A stretch of 64,000 nucleotides of DNA from Chloroflexota bacterium (GTDB lineage: Bacteria; Chloroflexota; Anaerolineae; JAAYZQ01): NCBI GenBank assembly GCA_018606645.1, contig JAGVRI010000005.1, forward strand, positions 50,629 to 114,628, given 5' to 3'. The notes beneath the pieces were generated by a model that saw only the letters and a program-made list of their open reading frames with translations, searched no databases and was not told where the DNA came from. The translations under genes were made by a program, and so were the position numbers. Positions 19,976-29,823 of the stretch are shown here, piece by piece; position 1 is the first letter of the stretch, and each line of letters begins with the position of its first letter.

Positions 19976-20746
19976 TCACGAGCTCCACGGTGAAGCCAGG
20001 ATCACTCCTCCGTCCACGTAGAGGATGACGCCGGTGATATAGTCGGCCTCGTCCGAGGCCAAAAAGACCACCGCATGGCCGATATCCCGAGGACTGCCAA
20101 AGCGTCGTAAGGGAATGCCGGCCCGGATCTTTTCGGCGGTTACAGGATCGGAAAGACATCCTTTGCTGCTGAGGCCGTTTTTGATCACCCCGGGCCCAAT
20201 GGCGTTCACATTGATGGAATACGGGGCCAGGTCCAGGGCCAGGGCTTTGGTGAGCATCAGAATACCCCCCTTGGAGGCGGCATAGTGAGGTTCGCCGGGG
20301 GCAGGCATTTCAGACATAATCGAGCCGATGTTGATGATCTTGCCCCCGGTTCCCCACTGGGCCATGTGCCGCGCCACCGCCTGGGAACAGAGCCACGCCC
20401 CTTTGAGATTGATGTCGAGGGTTTTGTCCCAGTCGGCCTCGCTGATCTCAAATACGGGGCGGATCAACTCGACGCCGGCATTGTTGACCAGGATATCGAT
20501 CTGCCCGGCCCACGCCAGCGTCCGCTCTACCATCTCGGTCACCGAGTCGGGATTGGACACGTCGGTGCGAACGACTAACGCCCGGCGGCCCAACTTCTGC
20601 ACTTCCTCGGCTACTGTCTGAGCCCCTTTCTCATCCAGGTCCGCCAGCACCACAGCCGCGCCTTCCTCGGCGAGACGAGTCACAATGCCCTTGCCGATGC
20701 CTCCTGCCGCGCCGGTGACGATGGCTACTTTGTCTTTGAGTCTCAT
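19976..20746 (-). CDS. SDR oxidoreductase
   Basis: TGAAGGIG, NNAG, YAASK. Confidence 0.93.
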   Translation of the reverse strand: MRLKDKVAIVTGAAGGIGKGIVTRLAEEGAAVVLADLDEKGAQTVAEEVQKLGRRALVVRTDVSNPDSVTEMVERTLAWAGQIDILVNNAGVELIRPVFEISEADWDKTLDINLKGAWLCSQAVARHMAQWGTGGKIINIGSIMSEMPAPGEPHYAASKGGILMLTKALALDLAPYSINVNAIGPGVIKNGLSSKGCLSDPVTAEKIRAGIPLRRFGSPRDIGHAVVFLASDEADYITGVILYVDGGVILASPWSS

Positions 20747-20759
20747 GAAATCCCTTTCT

Positions 20760-21533
20760 TCACTCCAGAGTGAATCCCCCGTCCACGACCAGGTTCACCC
20801 CGGTGATCATGGACGCTTCTTCGGAGGCCAGGAACAGAACAGCATGGGCAATGTCCTCAGGCTGGCACATCCTGCCCAGCGGAATCCGTTCGGCAAACGC
20901 TTGACGCTTCTCAAAAGCGGCCCGGTCCTGCTGAAGATGGGCCAGACGATGGCGCATCGGCTTTTCCATGGGCCCGGGGCAGACGCTGTTCACCCGGATA
21001 TTGTATCGGGCATAGTCTCGCGCCATTTGCTGCGTCAGCAAAACCAATCCTCCCTTGGACGCCCCATAAGCAGCCTCCTGGGCCATCGGTCTCAACCCGG
21101 CGATCGAGCCGGTGTTGATGATGACTCCGCCGCCGTTCTTGATCATCTCCGGGATCACATATTTTGAACAGAGAAACACACCTTTCAGATTGACATCCAG
21201 GATCTGATCCCAGTCCTCTACCTCGGTGGCGACGACGTGGGTCGCCTGAGGCAGGTCAATGCCGGCATTGTTGTGCAGGACGTCGATCCGACCATACCGT
21301 TCCACCGCCAGGCGCACCATAGCCTGCACCTCGGTCGGCTGGATAACGTTTGTCTGGATGAACAGCGCCTCGCCGCCTTCCTGGTGGATGAGTCCGGCCG
21401 TCTCCTGCCCACTCTCAGCCTCATAGTCCACGACTACTACCCTGGCCCCCTCCCGGGCCAAGAGCAGAGCCGTCGCCCGGCCGATGCCCATGCCGGCGCC
21501 GGTGATTAACGCCACCTTCCCGGTAAATCTCAC
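20760..21533 (-). CDS. SDR oxidoreductase
   Basis: TGAGMGIG, NNAG, YGASK. Confidence 0.93.
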   Translation of the reverse strand: MRFTGKVALITGAGMGIGRATALLLAREGARVVVVDYEAESGQETAGLIHQEGGEALFIQTNVIQPTEVQAMVRLAVERYGRIDVLHNNAGIDLPQATHVVATEVEDWDQILDVNLKGVFLCSKYVIPEMIKNGGGVIINTGSIAGLRPMAQEAAYGASKGGLVLLTQQMARDYARYNIRVNSVCPGPMEKPMRHRLAHLQQDRAAFEKRQAFAERIPLGRMCQPEDIAHAVLFLASEEASMITGVNLVVDGGFTLE

Positions 21534-21596
21534 CGGAATGCCTCCCGATCCTTCATCGGAAGCGAGTCCGCTTTCCCTCTCGTCTCGACGGAAAGG

Positions 21597-23552
21597 CTAG
21601 AGCTTGAGGGCCACCGCTGCCGCGTCATGAACCGCCTTCCGATAATCGCCGGGCGCCTGGCAATCGCCGATCAGGTAGACATCGCCCCGCCTCTCCTTCA
21701 GGGCCAGGCCCAGGCTGCTGTTCGGGGTCACGCCGACGGCAAGCACCACCGTGTCAAACCCATCAAACACATCTTCCTGCGCGTATCGCCTAACCCGGAG
21801 ACTGAGTTTACCATCCTGAGGCTCGATGGCTGTCACCAGCGTTGAAGTCAGGTACCGAAAATCCTTCTTGGCCAATTTGTCCAACAAGGCCAGCTCGGCG
21901 TCGTGGCTGATGTCCAGGAGGATGTCGTGCAACATCTCGAAGACCAACACCTTCTTGCCTTCCTGCTGCAGGATAAATTCAGCAGTCTCGATCCCCATCG
22001 AGCTTCCCCCAATGATAGCCACCGACTGTCCTACCTCCACCTTGCCCAGCAAGACATCATCGGCCGTCACCACACTGGGATGATCCAGGCCCCTGATGCT
22101 GGCCGGCAGAAGCGGCTTGCCGCCAGTCGCGACAATGACGACATCCGGGTTGCGCGCTTCAACTTCCTCCACCGTAAGCTCCCGTCCCAATTCCACCTGG
22201 ACCCCCAGCCGTTTCATCTCGTTCTCATAATAGGTCAGCCAGCGCTTCTGGTTCTCCTTGTCAGGTGGGATCATCGCCAGGTGGATTTTGCCCCCAATCC
22301 GATCGTTCTTGTCCACCAGGGTCACCGAATGACCTCGAATGGCTGCCAGGCGTGCCGCCTCCAGGCCGGCCGGGCCGGCGCCAATGACCAACACCTTCTT
22401 TGGATCGTCGGTAGGCCATAACCCCTGTTCGAACTCTTTTTCCTTGCCCACGGCGGCGTTGACCGTGCACCGCATGTCTTCGGGCCACACCGCAGCGCTT
22501 TTGGAACAGCGCAGACAGGGTCGGATTTCCTCCAACCGTCCTTCGCGCGCCTTGTTGGGCATGTCCGGATCGGCGAACAAGGGCCGGCCGATAGCGACCA
22601 GGTCTACCTTGCCCCGTGCCAGCACCTTTTCCGCAAAGATCGGGTCCTCAATCGCTCCCACGGCAATGACCGGTACATCAGGCCCGACCGCCTCCTTGAT
22701 CCCTTCGGCCAGGTAGACGTTGTAGCCTTGGGGAACGGCGGCGGGCAGAAAGCTATAGTGCCCACTGGGTGCCATCCCCGCCGAGACATGAATAACCTCA
22801 GCCCCGGCCCCAACCAGGATCTTGGCGATCTCCTTGGCATCTTCCAGGGTGTTTCCGCCATTCACATAGTCGTGTCCATTGATCCGAACCTGAAGGAGCA
22901 ACCCGTCGCCGACTACTTCCCGAATGCGGGCCAGGATCTCGCGGACGATGCGCGTTCGCCCCCATACATCACCCCCGTACTCGTCGGTGCGTTTGTTCTG
23001 GTACGGGGACAGAAACCCGGAGAGCAGGTATCCGTGAGCGCAATGGATTTCGACGCCGTCAAAGCCAGCTTCTTGAGCCCGTCGGGCGGCCTGAGCATAC
23101 TCTTCGACCAGCGCATGGATCTCTTCGACGGTGATCGCCCGGGTGGGGTCTTTGCGCACCGGATCCGGGATGCCAGAGGGGCTCAGGGTGGGCGGGCCGG
23201 CGATCATGCCGTAGCGCTGCCGGCCGGCATGATAGAGCTGGAGCGATGTCCGCACGTCATACGAATGGATAGCCTCCACCAACTTGCGGAATCCTGGTAT
23301 ATACTTGTCATCGGTGATCCGGGTCTGGTTCGGGTGGGAGCGACCACTGGGCTCGCTGACCACGGTCGCGTTCACCACAATATATCCAACTCCACCTCGA
23401 GCCCGGGCTTCGTAATAGTCGATCAACCGTTGGTGGACAAAGCCCTCAGAGCCGGGGATATAAATGGCCATCGGGGGCATGACCATCCGATTCTTCACTT
23501 CAAAGGTGCGGAATCGAAACGGCTCAAACAGATATTTGAACTCGGCGTTCAT
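21597..23552 (-). CDS. OYE-family FMN/FAD oxidoreductase with a 3-Cys Fe-S motif
   Basis: EIHCAHGYLL, GAGPAG, CLRC-x12-C. Confidence 0.92.
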   Translation of the reverse strand: MNAEFKYLFEPFRFRTFEVKNRMVMPPMAIYIPGSEGFVHQRLIDYYEARARGGVGYIVVNATVVSEPSGRSHPNQTRITDDKYIPGFRKLVEAIHSYDVRTSLQLYHAGRQRYGMIAGPPTLSPSGIPDPVRKDPTRAITVEEIHALVEEYAQAARRAQEAGFDGVEIHCAHGYLLSGFLSPYQNKRTDEYGGDVWGRTRIVREILARIREVVGDGLLLQVRINGHDYVNGGNTLEDAKEIAKILVGAGAEVIHVSAGMAPSGHYSFLPAAVPQGYNVYLAEGIKEAVGPDVPVIAVGAIEDPIFAEKVLARGKVDLVAIGRPLFADPDMPNKAREGRLEEIRPCLRCSKSAAVWPEDMRCTVNAAVGKEKEFEQGLWPTDDPKKVLVIGAGPAGLEAARLAAIRGHSVTLVDKNDRIGGKIHLAMIPPDKENQKRWLTYYENEMKRLGVQVELGRELTVEEVEARNPDVVIVATGGKPLLPASIRGLDHPSVVTADDVLLGKVEVGQSVAIIGGSSMGIETAEFILQQEGKKVLVFEMLHDILLDISHDAELALLDKLAKKDFRYLTSTLVTAIEPQDGKLSLRVRRYAQEDVFDGFDTVVLAVGVTPNSSLGLALKERRGDVYLIGDCQAPGDYRKAVHDAAAVALKL

Positions 23553-23576
23553 TCAGATTCTCCATTCCAGAATGCT

Positions 23577-24350
23577 TTAATGTTTGAGTATGGCCGACAA
23601 AAACTGTCGCGTTCTTGGCTCCTGGGGATGGGTCAAGATCTGATCGCACGGCCCTTCTTCAATGATTTGACCTTCACACAGAAAGACGATCCGGGAACCG
23701 ACCTCGCGGGCAAAGCCCATCTCGTGGGTGACCACGATCATCGTCATCCCTTCTTCTGCCAGCCGTTTCATCTCAGCCAGGATACCGCCGATCAACTCCG
23801 GGTCTAATGCTGAAGTGACCTCGTCAAACAACATCAATTTGGGTTCCATCACCAGGGAACGGGCAATAGCCACCCGTTGCTTCTGACCACCGGAAAGGGT
23901 ATCTGGATAGGCGTGAAGTTTGTCCCCCAGTCCAACCCGCTCCAACTGGGCCTTGGCTCTCTGCTCTGCCTCTGCCTTGGGGATCTTGAGCGCCTGTTCT
24001 AATCCCAGCGTACAGTTCTGGAGGGCCGTAAGATGAGGGAATAGGTTGAAATGTTGGAAGACCATCCCGATGTGGGTGCGCAGATAGCGCAGGTCTTCCT
24101 GCCCACGGCCCCTCAAACGGTCTTGCCACGAGTGTTTGACGGCATAGTTTTTGCCCAGGAAGATCACCTCGCCGGAATCGGGCCACTCCAACAGGTTGAC
24201 GCACCGGAGCAAGGTGGACTTGCCCTGGCCGCTGGGGCCGATGATGACCACCACTTCCTGGCGATGCACGGTGAGGTTGATGCCTTTCAGGACCTGATGA
24301 TCGCCAAACGATTTCGTAATGTTGACCAGTTTCAGAATCTCTTCAGCCAT
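23577..24350 (-). CDS. Polar amino acid ABC transporter ATP-binding protein (GlnQ-like)
   Basis: GPSGQGKST, LSGGQKQR, LFDEVTSALD. Confidence 0.95.
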   Translation of the reverse strand: MAEEILKLVNITKSFGDHQVLKGINLTVHRQEVVVIIGPSGQGKSTLLRCVNLLEWPDSGEVIFLGKNYAVKHSWQDRLRGRGQEDLRYLRTHIGMVFQHFNLFPHLTALQNCTLGLEQALKIPKAEAEQRAKAQLERVGLGDKLHAYPDTLSGGQKQRVAIARSLVMEPKLMLFDEVTSALDPELIGGILAEMKRLAEEGMTMIVVTHEMGFAREVGSRIVFLCEGQIIEEGPCDQILTHPQEPRTRQFLSAILKH

Positions 24351-24355
24351 AGTTT

Positions 24356-25030
24356 CTAGATACCCCTCGCTTGTACGTGACGTGAATAATGCCGCTCAAT
24401 CACACTTACCAGCCGGGAAAACCCAAGAACCAGCAAAAAGTAGATCACTGCCGACGCTGTATAGAACTCGAACGGACGAAAATGGAACTTGGTCAAACGG
24501 TCCGCCTGTTTCATCAGGTCCCAAACGCCTACCACTCCGACAATGGCGGCGTCTTTGAGCATGTCCACAAACAGATTCGCTGCCGACGGGATCACGACCC
24601 GCAGCGCCTGGGGCAAGACAATGAGGCGAAAGGTGGACAGATTGCTCAGACCCAGCGCTCGGGCGGCCTCGTATTGACCAAAGCCGACCGTGCCCAGACC
24701 CGTACGGTACACCTCGGCCATGTAGGCGCTATTCAGCAGCCCCAGACAGAGCACCGCCGCCGTAAAGGGCGGCAGGTTGATATCAAGCGCGATGGCCAGT
24801 CCGAAAAAGACCCACAGAATCAGAACATAGAGCGAAGTGCCCCGAAAGAATTGAATGAAGAGAAAGGCGGGCAACCAGAATACCGGCAGGCGAGAGGCAC
24901 GCAGTAAAGCAACGGGCAGCCCCAGTATCAAAGCCACTCCTAACGCCAGCAACGCCACCTCTATGGTGACCAGCGTTCCGTGCAGGAGAGGCAACCGGGC
25001 GTTCCATACAAGGTCCAGGCGGAAAGTCAT
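24356..25030 (-). CDS. Polar amino acid ABC permease
   Basis: FFRGTS, AYMAEVYRTG..GQYEAA. Confidence 0.9.
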   Translation of the reverse strand: MTFRLDLVWNARLPLLHGTLVTIEVALLALGVALILGLPVALLRASRLPVFWLPAFLFIQFFRGTSLYVLILWVFFGLAIALDINLPPFTAAVLCLGLLNSAYMAEVYRTGLGTVGFGQYEAARALGLSNLSTFRLIVLPQALRVVIPSAANLFVDMLKDAAIVGVVGVWDLMKQADRLTKFHFRPFEFYTASAVIYFLLVLGFSRLVSVIERHYSRHVQARGI

Positions 25031-25044
25031 ATGCCCGTCCTTCC

Positions 25045-25713
25045 TCAGCTCCGTCGCCAGCGGTAACGCGATTCCAGCCAGCCGGCCAGCGCGGCGAATA
25101 CCAAGGTGCTGGAGATAAAGATCACCCCGGCCGTGGAATAGAACTCGAACGGCTTGAAGGTCAACGCCGCCGAAGTACGGGCAAAATACATCAGATCGAA
25201 CACCCCAATGATCCCCACAATTGTGGCCCCCTTCAGGATCCCCACGAATTGATTCATCGTCGCCGGCAGAACCGTGCGAAACACCTGGGGCAGCACCACT
25301 TTTCGGTAAAGCTGGCTGGTGCTTAATCCGATGGACACCCCGGCCTCATACTGGCCCCGGTCCACTGCCAACAAACCGGACCGATAGATCTCGGACATAT
25401 AGGCAGCCGCGATCAGCCCCAACGCCAACACCGCTGCTTCAATGGCCTGTAACCCCAGGCCAAAGGCAACCTTGAAGCCGTAATACAACCACAACAGAAA
25501 CACGTACAACGGCAGCGATCGAAAGAACCCCACATACAACCTCGCCGGGGCCTGTATCATCGGGTTCCTGGAGTTCCGCAGCAGGGCCAGGATGAGCCCC
25601 AGTCCCATGGCCACCAGCATTGACCAGGCCGCCACATAATAGGTGATCAGCGTGGCGTTCAGAAAGTTCTGCCAGTTGCTGGTGATGATCTTCCAGTCAA
25701 ATCTGAATTCCAT
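25045..25713 (-). CDS. Polar amino acid ABC permease
   Basis: FFRSLP, AYMSEIYRSG..GQYEAG. Confidence 0.9.
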   Translation of the reverse strand: MEFRFDWKIITSNWQNFLNATLITYYVAAWSMLVAMGLGLILALLRNSRNPMIQAPARLYVGFFRSLPLYVFLLWLYYGFKVAFGLGLQAIEAAVLALGLIAAAYMSEIYRSGLLAVDRGQYEAGVSIGLSTSQLYRKVVLPQVFRTVLPATMNQFVGILKGATIVGIIGVFDLMYFARTSAALTFKPFEFYSTAGVIFISSTLVFAALAGWLESRYRWRRS

Positions 25714-25841
25714 GTATGGACCCCATCCTGCGGACCATGGGCCTGGACATCGAGTCCGAGGGAGCGAACTGAGGAAATCATTGGATCCCGCGTCCAGCCC
25801 GCTCCCTCAGATCCCCCAGACCTGCTGTCTCAAGAATCCCG

Positions 25842-26795
25842 CTACTTGCCCCAGGCCTCCTGAATGGCCCTGACGCCAGGCAGTTCCCCAATCCAATACT
25901 TGAATCGGTTCTGCTGCCAGCCGTGAGCCGCATAGTAGCGGAACCAGGTACCCATCCACTCTTTGGTCCTGTAGTCGCCCAGTGGCACAAAGAAGGTGTT
26001 CACATCAGAAAAGAGCGAGCCACCTGGCCAGATATCCACCGTGCCCGGGTTCTCATGAAGATAGGCCGCCGCATTCCAGATGGCGATCAGGCAGGCGTCG
26101 GAGCGCCCAGCGGCCACCTCCAGCACCGTTTCCGGCCAGTTGAGCGGTTTGAATGTGGCGTTGGGGAACATCAAACGAGCCGAAGCGTCCTGGGCAGAAC
26201 CGCTCATGTTGCTAAAGGTCACCTCAGGCTTGTTCAGGTCTTCCAACTTGTCGACGGTGAAGCCCTTCCGGAGGAGTAACACCGAGTCCTCGAAGAAGGT
26301 GGGTTCGTCAATGAAAAGGACTTGCTTGGCCCGCTCCGGCGTGGTGGTGAACGCGATCCCGATCCAATCGAATTTGTCGGCCAGCAGCCCGGCAATCAAC
26401 TCCCCAAACGGCATCTCGACATATTCCAGCTTGACCCCCAGGTCCTGGGCCATCAGAGCATCAATTTCGGGCATCAACCCCTTGGGTTCGTTGGTGCTTG
26501 GATCGCGGAACTGAAGGGGCGGGAAGGTGAGGTCCACCCCTACGCGCAACACGCCATTCTTCAGGACGCGGTCAAGTCTGGGCTCAACGGCCTGGGCGGG
26601 CGGCGGTGAGGCCTGGGCCACTTTCGTCGGCGGAGTTGTCGGACCCGCCATCGCCACCGTTTCGGCCGGCGTGTTGGTCGCCGGAACCACCACCGTGGGC
26701 TCTGTGGCGCCAATGGTGCAGCCTACCGCCAATGTCCCCAGAGCGCCGGCGCTCGCGGCCAGCAGAAAATCACGGCGATTCATTTGCTTATTCAT
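25842..26795 (-). CDS. Polar amino acid ABC SBP (family 3), Tat lipoprotein
   Basis: MNRRDFLL twin-arginine motif, LAVGC lipobox, P/T-rich linker; paralogue of 8467-9366. Confidence 0.9.
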   Translation of the reverse strand: MNKQMNRRDFLLAASAGALGTLAVGCTIGATEPTVVVPATNTPAETVAMAGPTTPPTKVAQASPPPAQAVEPRLDRVLKNGVLRVGVDLTFPPLQFRDPSTNEPKGLMPEIDALMAQDLGVKLEYVEMPFGELIAGLLADKFDWIGIAFTTTPERAKQVLFIDEPTFFEDSVLLLRKGFTVDKLEDLNKPEVTFSNMSGSAQDASARLMFPNATFKPLNWPETVLEVAAGRSDACLIAIWNAAAYLHENPGTVDIWPGGSLFSDVNTFFVPLGDYRTKEWMGTWFRYYAAHGWQQNRFKYWIGELPGVRAIQEAWGK

Positions 26796-26938
26796 ACTGC
26801 TCTCCCTCCTCATGACTGGTAGATTTCAAAGCCTTTGCCATTTCCCACAACCGACTTCTCGATCACAGCCTCACGGACATAGACCACCCCCTCTCTGAAT
26901 GAGTATACCGGTCTTATCCGACATCTATGGGCCCTTCG

Positions 26939-28099
26939 TCAGCTCTCTTTCGCCACCCGGTCGATAAAGTCGCGCATGCGGCGGATGCCTTCTTCCAGAT
27001 CTTCTAGGGACGAGGCCAGCGAGATGCGCACATAGTTTCGGGCCGTTTCCCCAAAGGCGGTACCCGGCGCGACGGCCACTCTGGCTTCTTCTAACAGCTT
27101 GAAGGCAAAGGTGCGGGAATCCATTCCGCTCCGTGAGACATCGGCCATGGTATAGAATGCGCCGTGCGGCGTCGAAGTCCACATCCCGTACTTGCGCAAC
27201 AGCCCATCCACCACATCCCGACGGTGCCGATACGCCTCTAGCATCCTGAACACGGGCTCACGCGGTCCCTTCAGGGCCGCCTCGGCACCCTTTTGCGCGA
27301 AACTTGTGGCACACGACATGTTCGCTTCCAGGATTTTATTGATGACATCCGCAAGTTCGCGGTTGGTCACCACGTAACCGACCCGATAGCCGGTCATGGC
27401 ATAGGTTTTCGAAAAGGTAAAGACTGAAATGACGTGGCCATCATCCCAGAAAGAGGCGGGAGAGACATGCTCGCCCTCAAAAACAATTTCATCGTAGCAC
27501 TCATCCGAGAGCAGGTACAGATCGTATTTCTGGCACAGTTCGACGATCCCCTCAACCACTTGCCGGGGAAAAACCGCTCCGGTCGGGTTGCAGGGAGAGT
27601 TGATGATCAGCAACTTGGTGCGCGGGGTGATATAGCGTTCCAACTCCTCTGGATCCGGGGCGAAATCGCGCTCGGCATGAAGGGGATAACGAACGACTCT
27701 GGCTGGTGAGTAGCTCAACTCCAGTTGGTAGTTAGGCCAGGCCGGATCGGGGAGCAACACCTCGTCGCCCTGCTCCAACAAAGCCAGGAGCGCTGCCGCA
27801 ATGCCACCCACTCCGCCGATGGTCACATTGATCAGCGAAGGTTCGGTTCGGATCTTGTTCACCGTGGCCAGTTTCTCCACCAGGAGTTGGCGCAGGCTCA
27901 ACAGGCCGGCCGTGGCAGTATATTTGGTGACCCCCTCTCGCACCGCTTTTACCGTCGCCTCGACGATATGCTCCGGTGTATCAAAATCCGGCTGCCCCAC
28001 CTCAAGACGGATGGCATCGGGCATGGTGAGCGCCACATTGACGATCTCCCGGATCCCGGAATGAGCGACTTCACGTGGACCTGCCGCTAATGGTTTCAT
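26939..28099 (-). CDS. PLP-dependent class I aminotransferase (AspC-like)
   Basis: GQPDF, NSPCNPTG, DECY, FSKTYAMTGYRVG (PLP lysine). Confidence 0.93.
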   Translation of the reverse strand: MKPLAAGPREVAHSGIREIVNVALTMPDAIRLEVGQPDFDTPEHIVEATVKAVREGVTKYTATAGLLSLRQLLVEKLATVNKIRTEPSLINVTIGGVGGIAAALLALLEQGDEVLLPDPAWPNYQLELSYSPARVVRYPLHAERDFAPDPEELERYITPRTKLLIINSPCNPTGAVFPRQVVEGIVELCQKYDLYLLSDECYDEIVFEGEHVSPASFWDDGHVISVFTFSKTYAMTGYRVGYVVTNRELADVINKILEANMSCATSFAQKGAEAALKGPREPVFRMLEAYRHRRDVVDGLLRKYGMWTSTPHGAFYTMADVSRSGMDSRTFAFKLLEEARVAVAPGTAFGETARNYVRISLASSLEDLEEGIRRMRDFIDRVAKES

Positions 28100-28111
28100 C
28101 TCGTCTCCTCC

Positions 28112-29203
28112 TTATTGCTCACAGTCGGAACGAACCAGATCCACCGTTGTGCCGAGAAAGACCAGTTCGCCTGATCGTACCACATAAAAGTCAATAATGG
28201 GATTTAACCGATCGCCGGTGGAAGAAAAGGTAATCGGCCCACTGGCACCCGGATAGTTTTGTGTCCTGGCCACCTGTTCTCGTACTGTCTCGCGATCCGA
28301 CGCGCCAGCCCTGCGCAATGCCTCAATGAGGATATTGGCTGCATCGTACGCCTCCGCCGTATAGATCGTATAGTCGGCGAGATCGGGAAAGGAGCGGGCA
28401 TATGACCGCCGGAAATCGGCCGCCGACGGATATCGTCGGACATCCGCGCAGGCGCTGGTATAGTAGGGGCCCACCACCTCGACTTCGGGCGTTTCCAGAT
28501 ATCGAGAGGGTTTCAGTCCGTCAGCGCCCAAATAGGGAGCCAGAACGCCGCCTGCTCGTAACTCATGGGCCATGGCCGATCCTTCGGCCTCAATCAAACC
28601 GAAATAGATGAGGTCGGGGCCTGCGGCCCGAACCCGCTGGACGGCATCCGGAAAGTGACGTTGGCCTCGTTGAATGCCTTCAAACAGCACGATCTCTGCT
28701 CCGTGCTTATGGGCTTCGTCAGCAAATATCTCGGCCAGCGGCTGGCCAAAGGCCGAATGGTCATGCAACACAGCGATCCGCCGGGCACCGACGAAGCGGA
28801 CGGCGCACCTGGCCGCTTCCCGGCCCTGGACTTCGTCGGAAGCCACCACCCGAAAGAAGGTATCCCATCCCTGGCGCGTCAGGTTTGGGTTCGAAGCGGC
28901 CGGGCAGATGTGCACTAGACGAGATTGGTGATAAATAGGCGCGGCTGCCTGGGCAGGGGTGCTATTGAACGGCCCGACGACGCCCAAGACCGCCGGGTCC
29001 GTACTGAATTGACGGGCAACAGCCTCGCCCCCTTCGCTGGTGCAGGCATCATCGAGAGAGACCAGTTCAATCTGAAAAGGCAGGTCCCCTCGTTCGTTAG
29101 CCTGTCTTACGGCCAGTTCCACAGCATGATCGGCCGCTATCCCGTGCACTTTCTCTTCACCCGAGAGCGGCACGGAATGTCCAATCCTGACCGTCTTTTT
29201 CAT
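28112..29203 (-). CDS. LivJ-like branched-chain amino acid binding protein without a signal peptide
   Basis: IGHSVPLSG, VVGPFNS, FFRVVASD, AYDAA, GPITF; starts directly at the first beta strand. Confidence 0.85.
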   Translation of the reverse strand: MKKTVRIGHSVPLSGEEKVHGIAADHAVELAVRQANERGDLPFQIELVSLDDACTSEGGEAVARQFSTDPAVLGVVGPFNSTPAQAAAPIYHQSRLVHICPAASNPNLTRQGWDTFFRVVASDEVQGREAARCAVRFVGARRIAVLHDHSAFGQPLAEIFADEAHKHGAEIVLFEGIQRGQRHFPDAVQRVRAAGPDLIYFGLIEAEGSAMAHELRAGGVLAPYLGADGLKPSRYLETPEVEVVGPYYTSACADVRRYPSAADFRRSYARSFPDLADYTIYTAEAYDAANILIEALRRAGASDRETVREQVARTQNYPGASGPITFSSTGDRLNPIIDFYVVRSGELVFLGTTVDLVRSDCEQ

Positions 29204-29250
29204 CTATCTAGCTCCTCATCCTGATTCGATCCTTCTCCAGCCAGCGGACG

Positions 29251-29793
29251 CTATGCATCCATCTGTCGGGGCAAGTCCGGAGACCCGGGTATCTCTGCGC
29301 CGTGCCCATGTTGCTGTAAGATCGCCACCAACGCATCCTCGGCAAAGCGCAGGCCGTCGTGTATCCCTTGGCGATACGGACCACTCCCCTTGGCCGCGTT
29401 ATAGGCTTGCTCTTCCCGGATACGGCGAATCAGGTCCCCTATCATGGTTGCCAAATCATCCGCCACATGCACCGCCATCTCGCCCTGCTCCAATAAGGCA
29501 GAGTCCCTTGGCGGCAATGCGCTGATTTTCTTTTCAGTCGCCAACAGAAGCGACTCCAGTTGTTCAGGATCGTAACCGACCACGTAGCGCTCCCCCACGG
29601 CGACAACCGGCACGACAAGCTCGCCAGTCAAGGCCAACAACTCGGCCCTGGCCTGAGGGTCGAGGCGGATGTTCCGCTCAACAAACGAGATGTTACGTGC
29701 GGAGAGAAACTCTCTCAACCGACAGCACTCCTGTCAAGTCGGCGTACGATAGTCGGTATTGAGCGTATACACGAGAATTTCGGGAACCGTCAT
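29251..29793 (-). CDS. Selenocysteine-containing glutaredoxin-like protein (UxxC) with a C-terminal helical extension, 180 aa
   Basis: ATG 29793 reads MTVPEILVYTLNTDYRTPT-TGA-QECCRLREFLS, in frame with the tracked ORF. TGA (29734-29736) is at the first Cys position of the CxxC motif. Glutaredoxin cis-Pro VP and VGYD motifs present. Confidence 0.85.
29696..29733 (-). promoter_or_regulatory. Bacterial SECIS-like hairpin
   Basis: GAGAGA-GTT-TCTCTC apical stem-loop with a loop G 24 nt after UGA; possible lower GTGC/GCAC pairing. Confidence 0.65.
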
Positions 29794-29823
29794 TCCGTGT
29801 CCCACTTTCTAGCATCGCAGACA

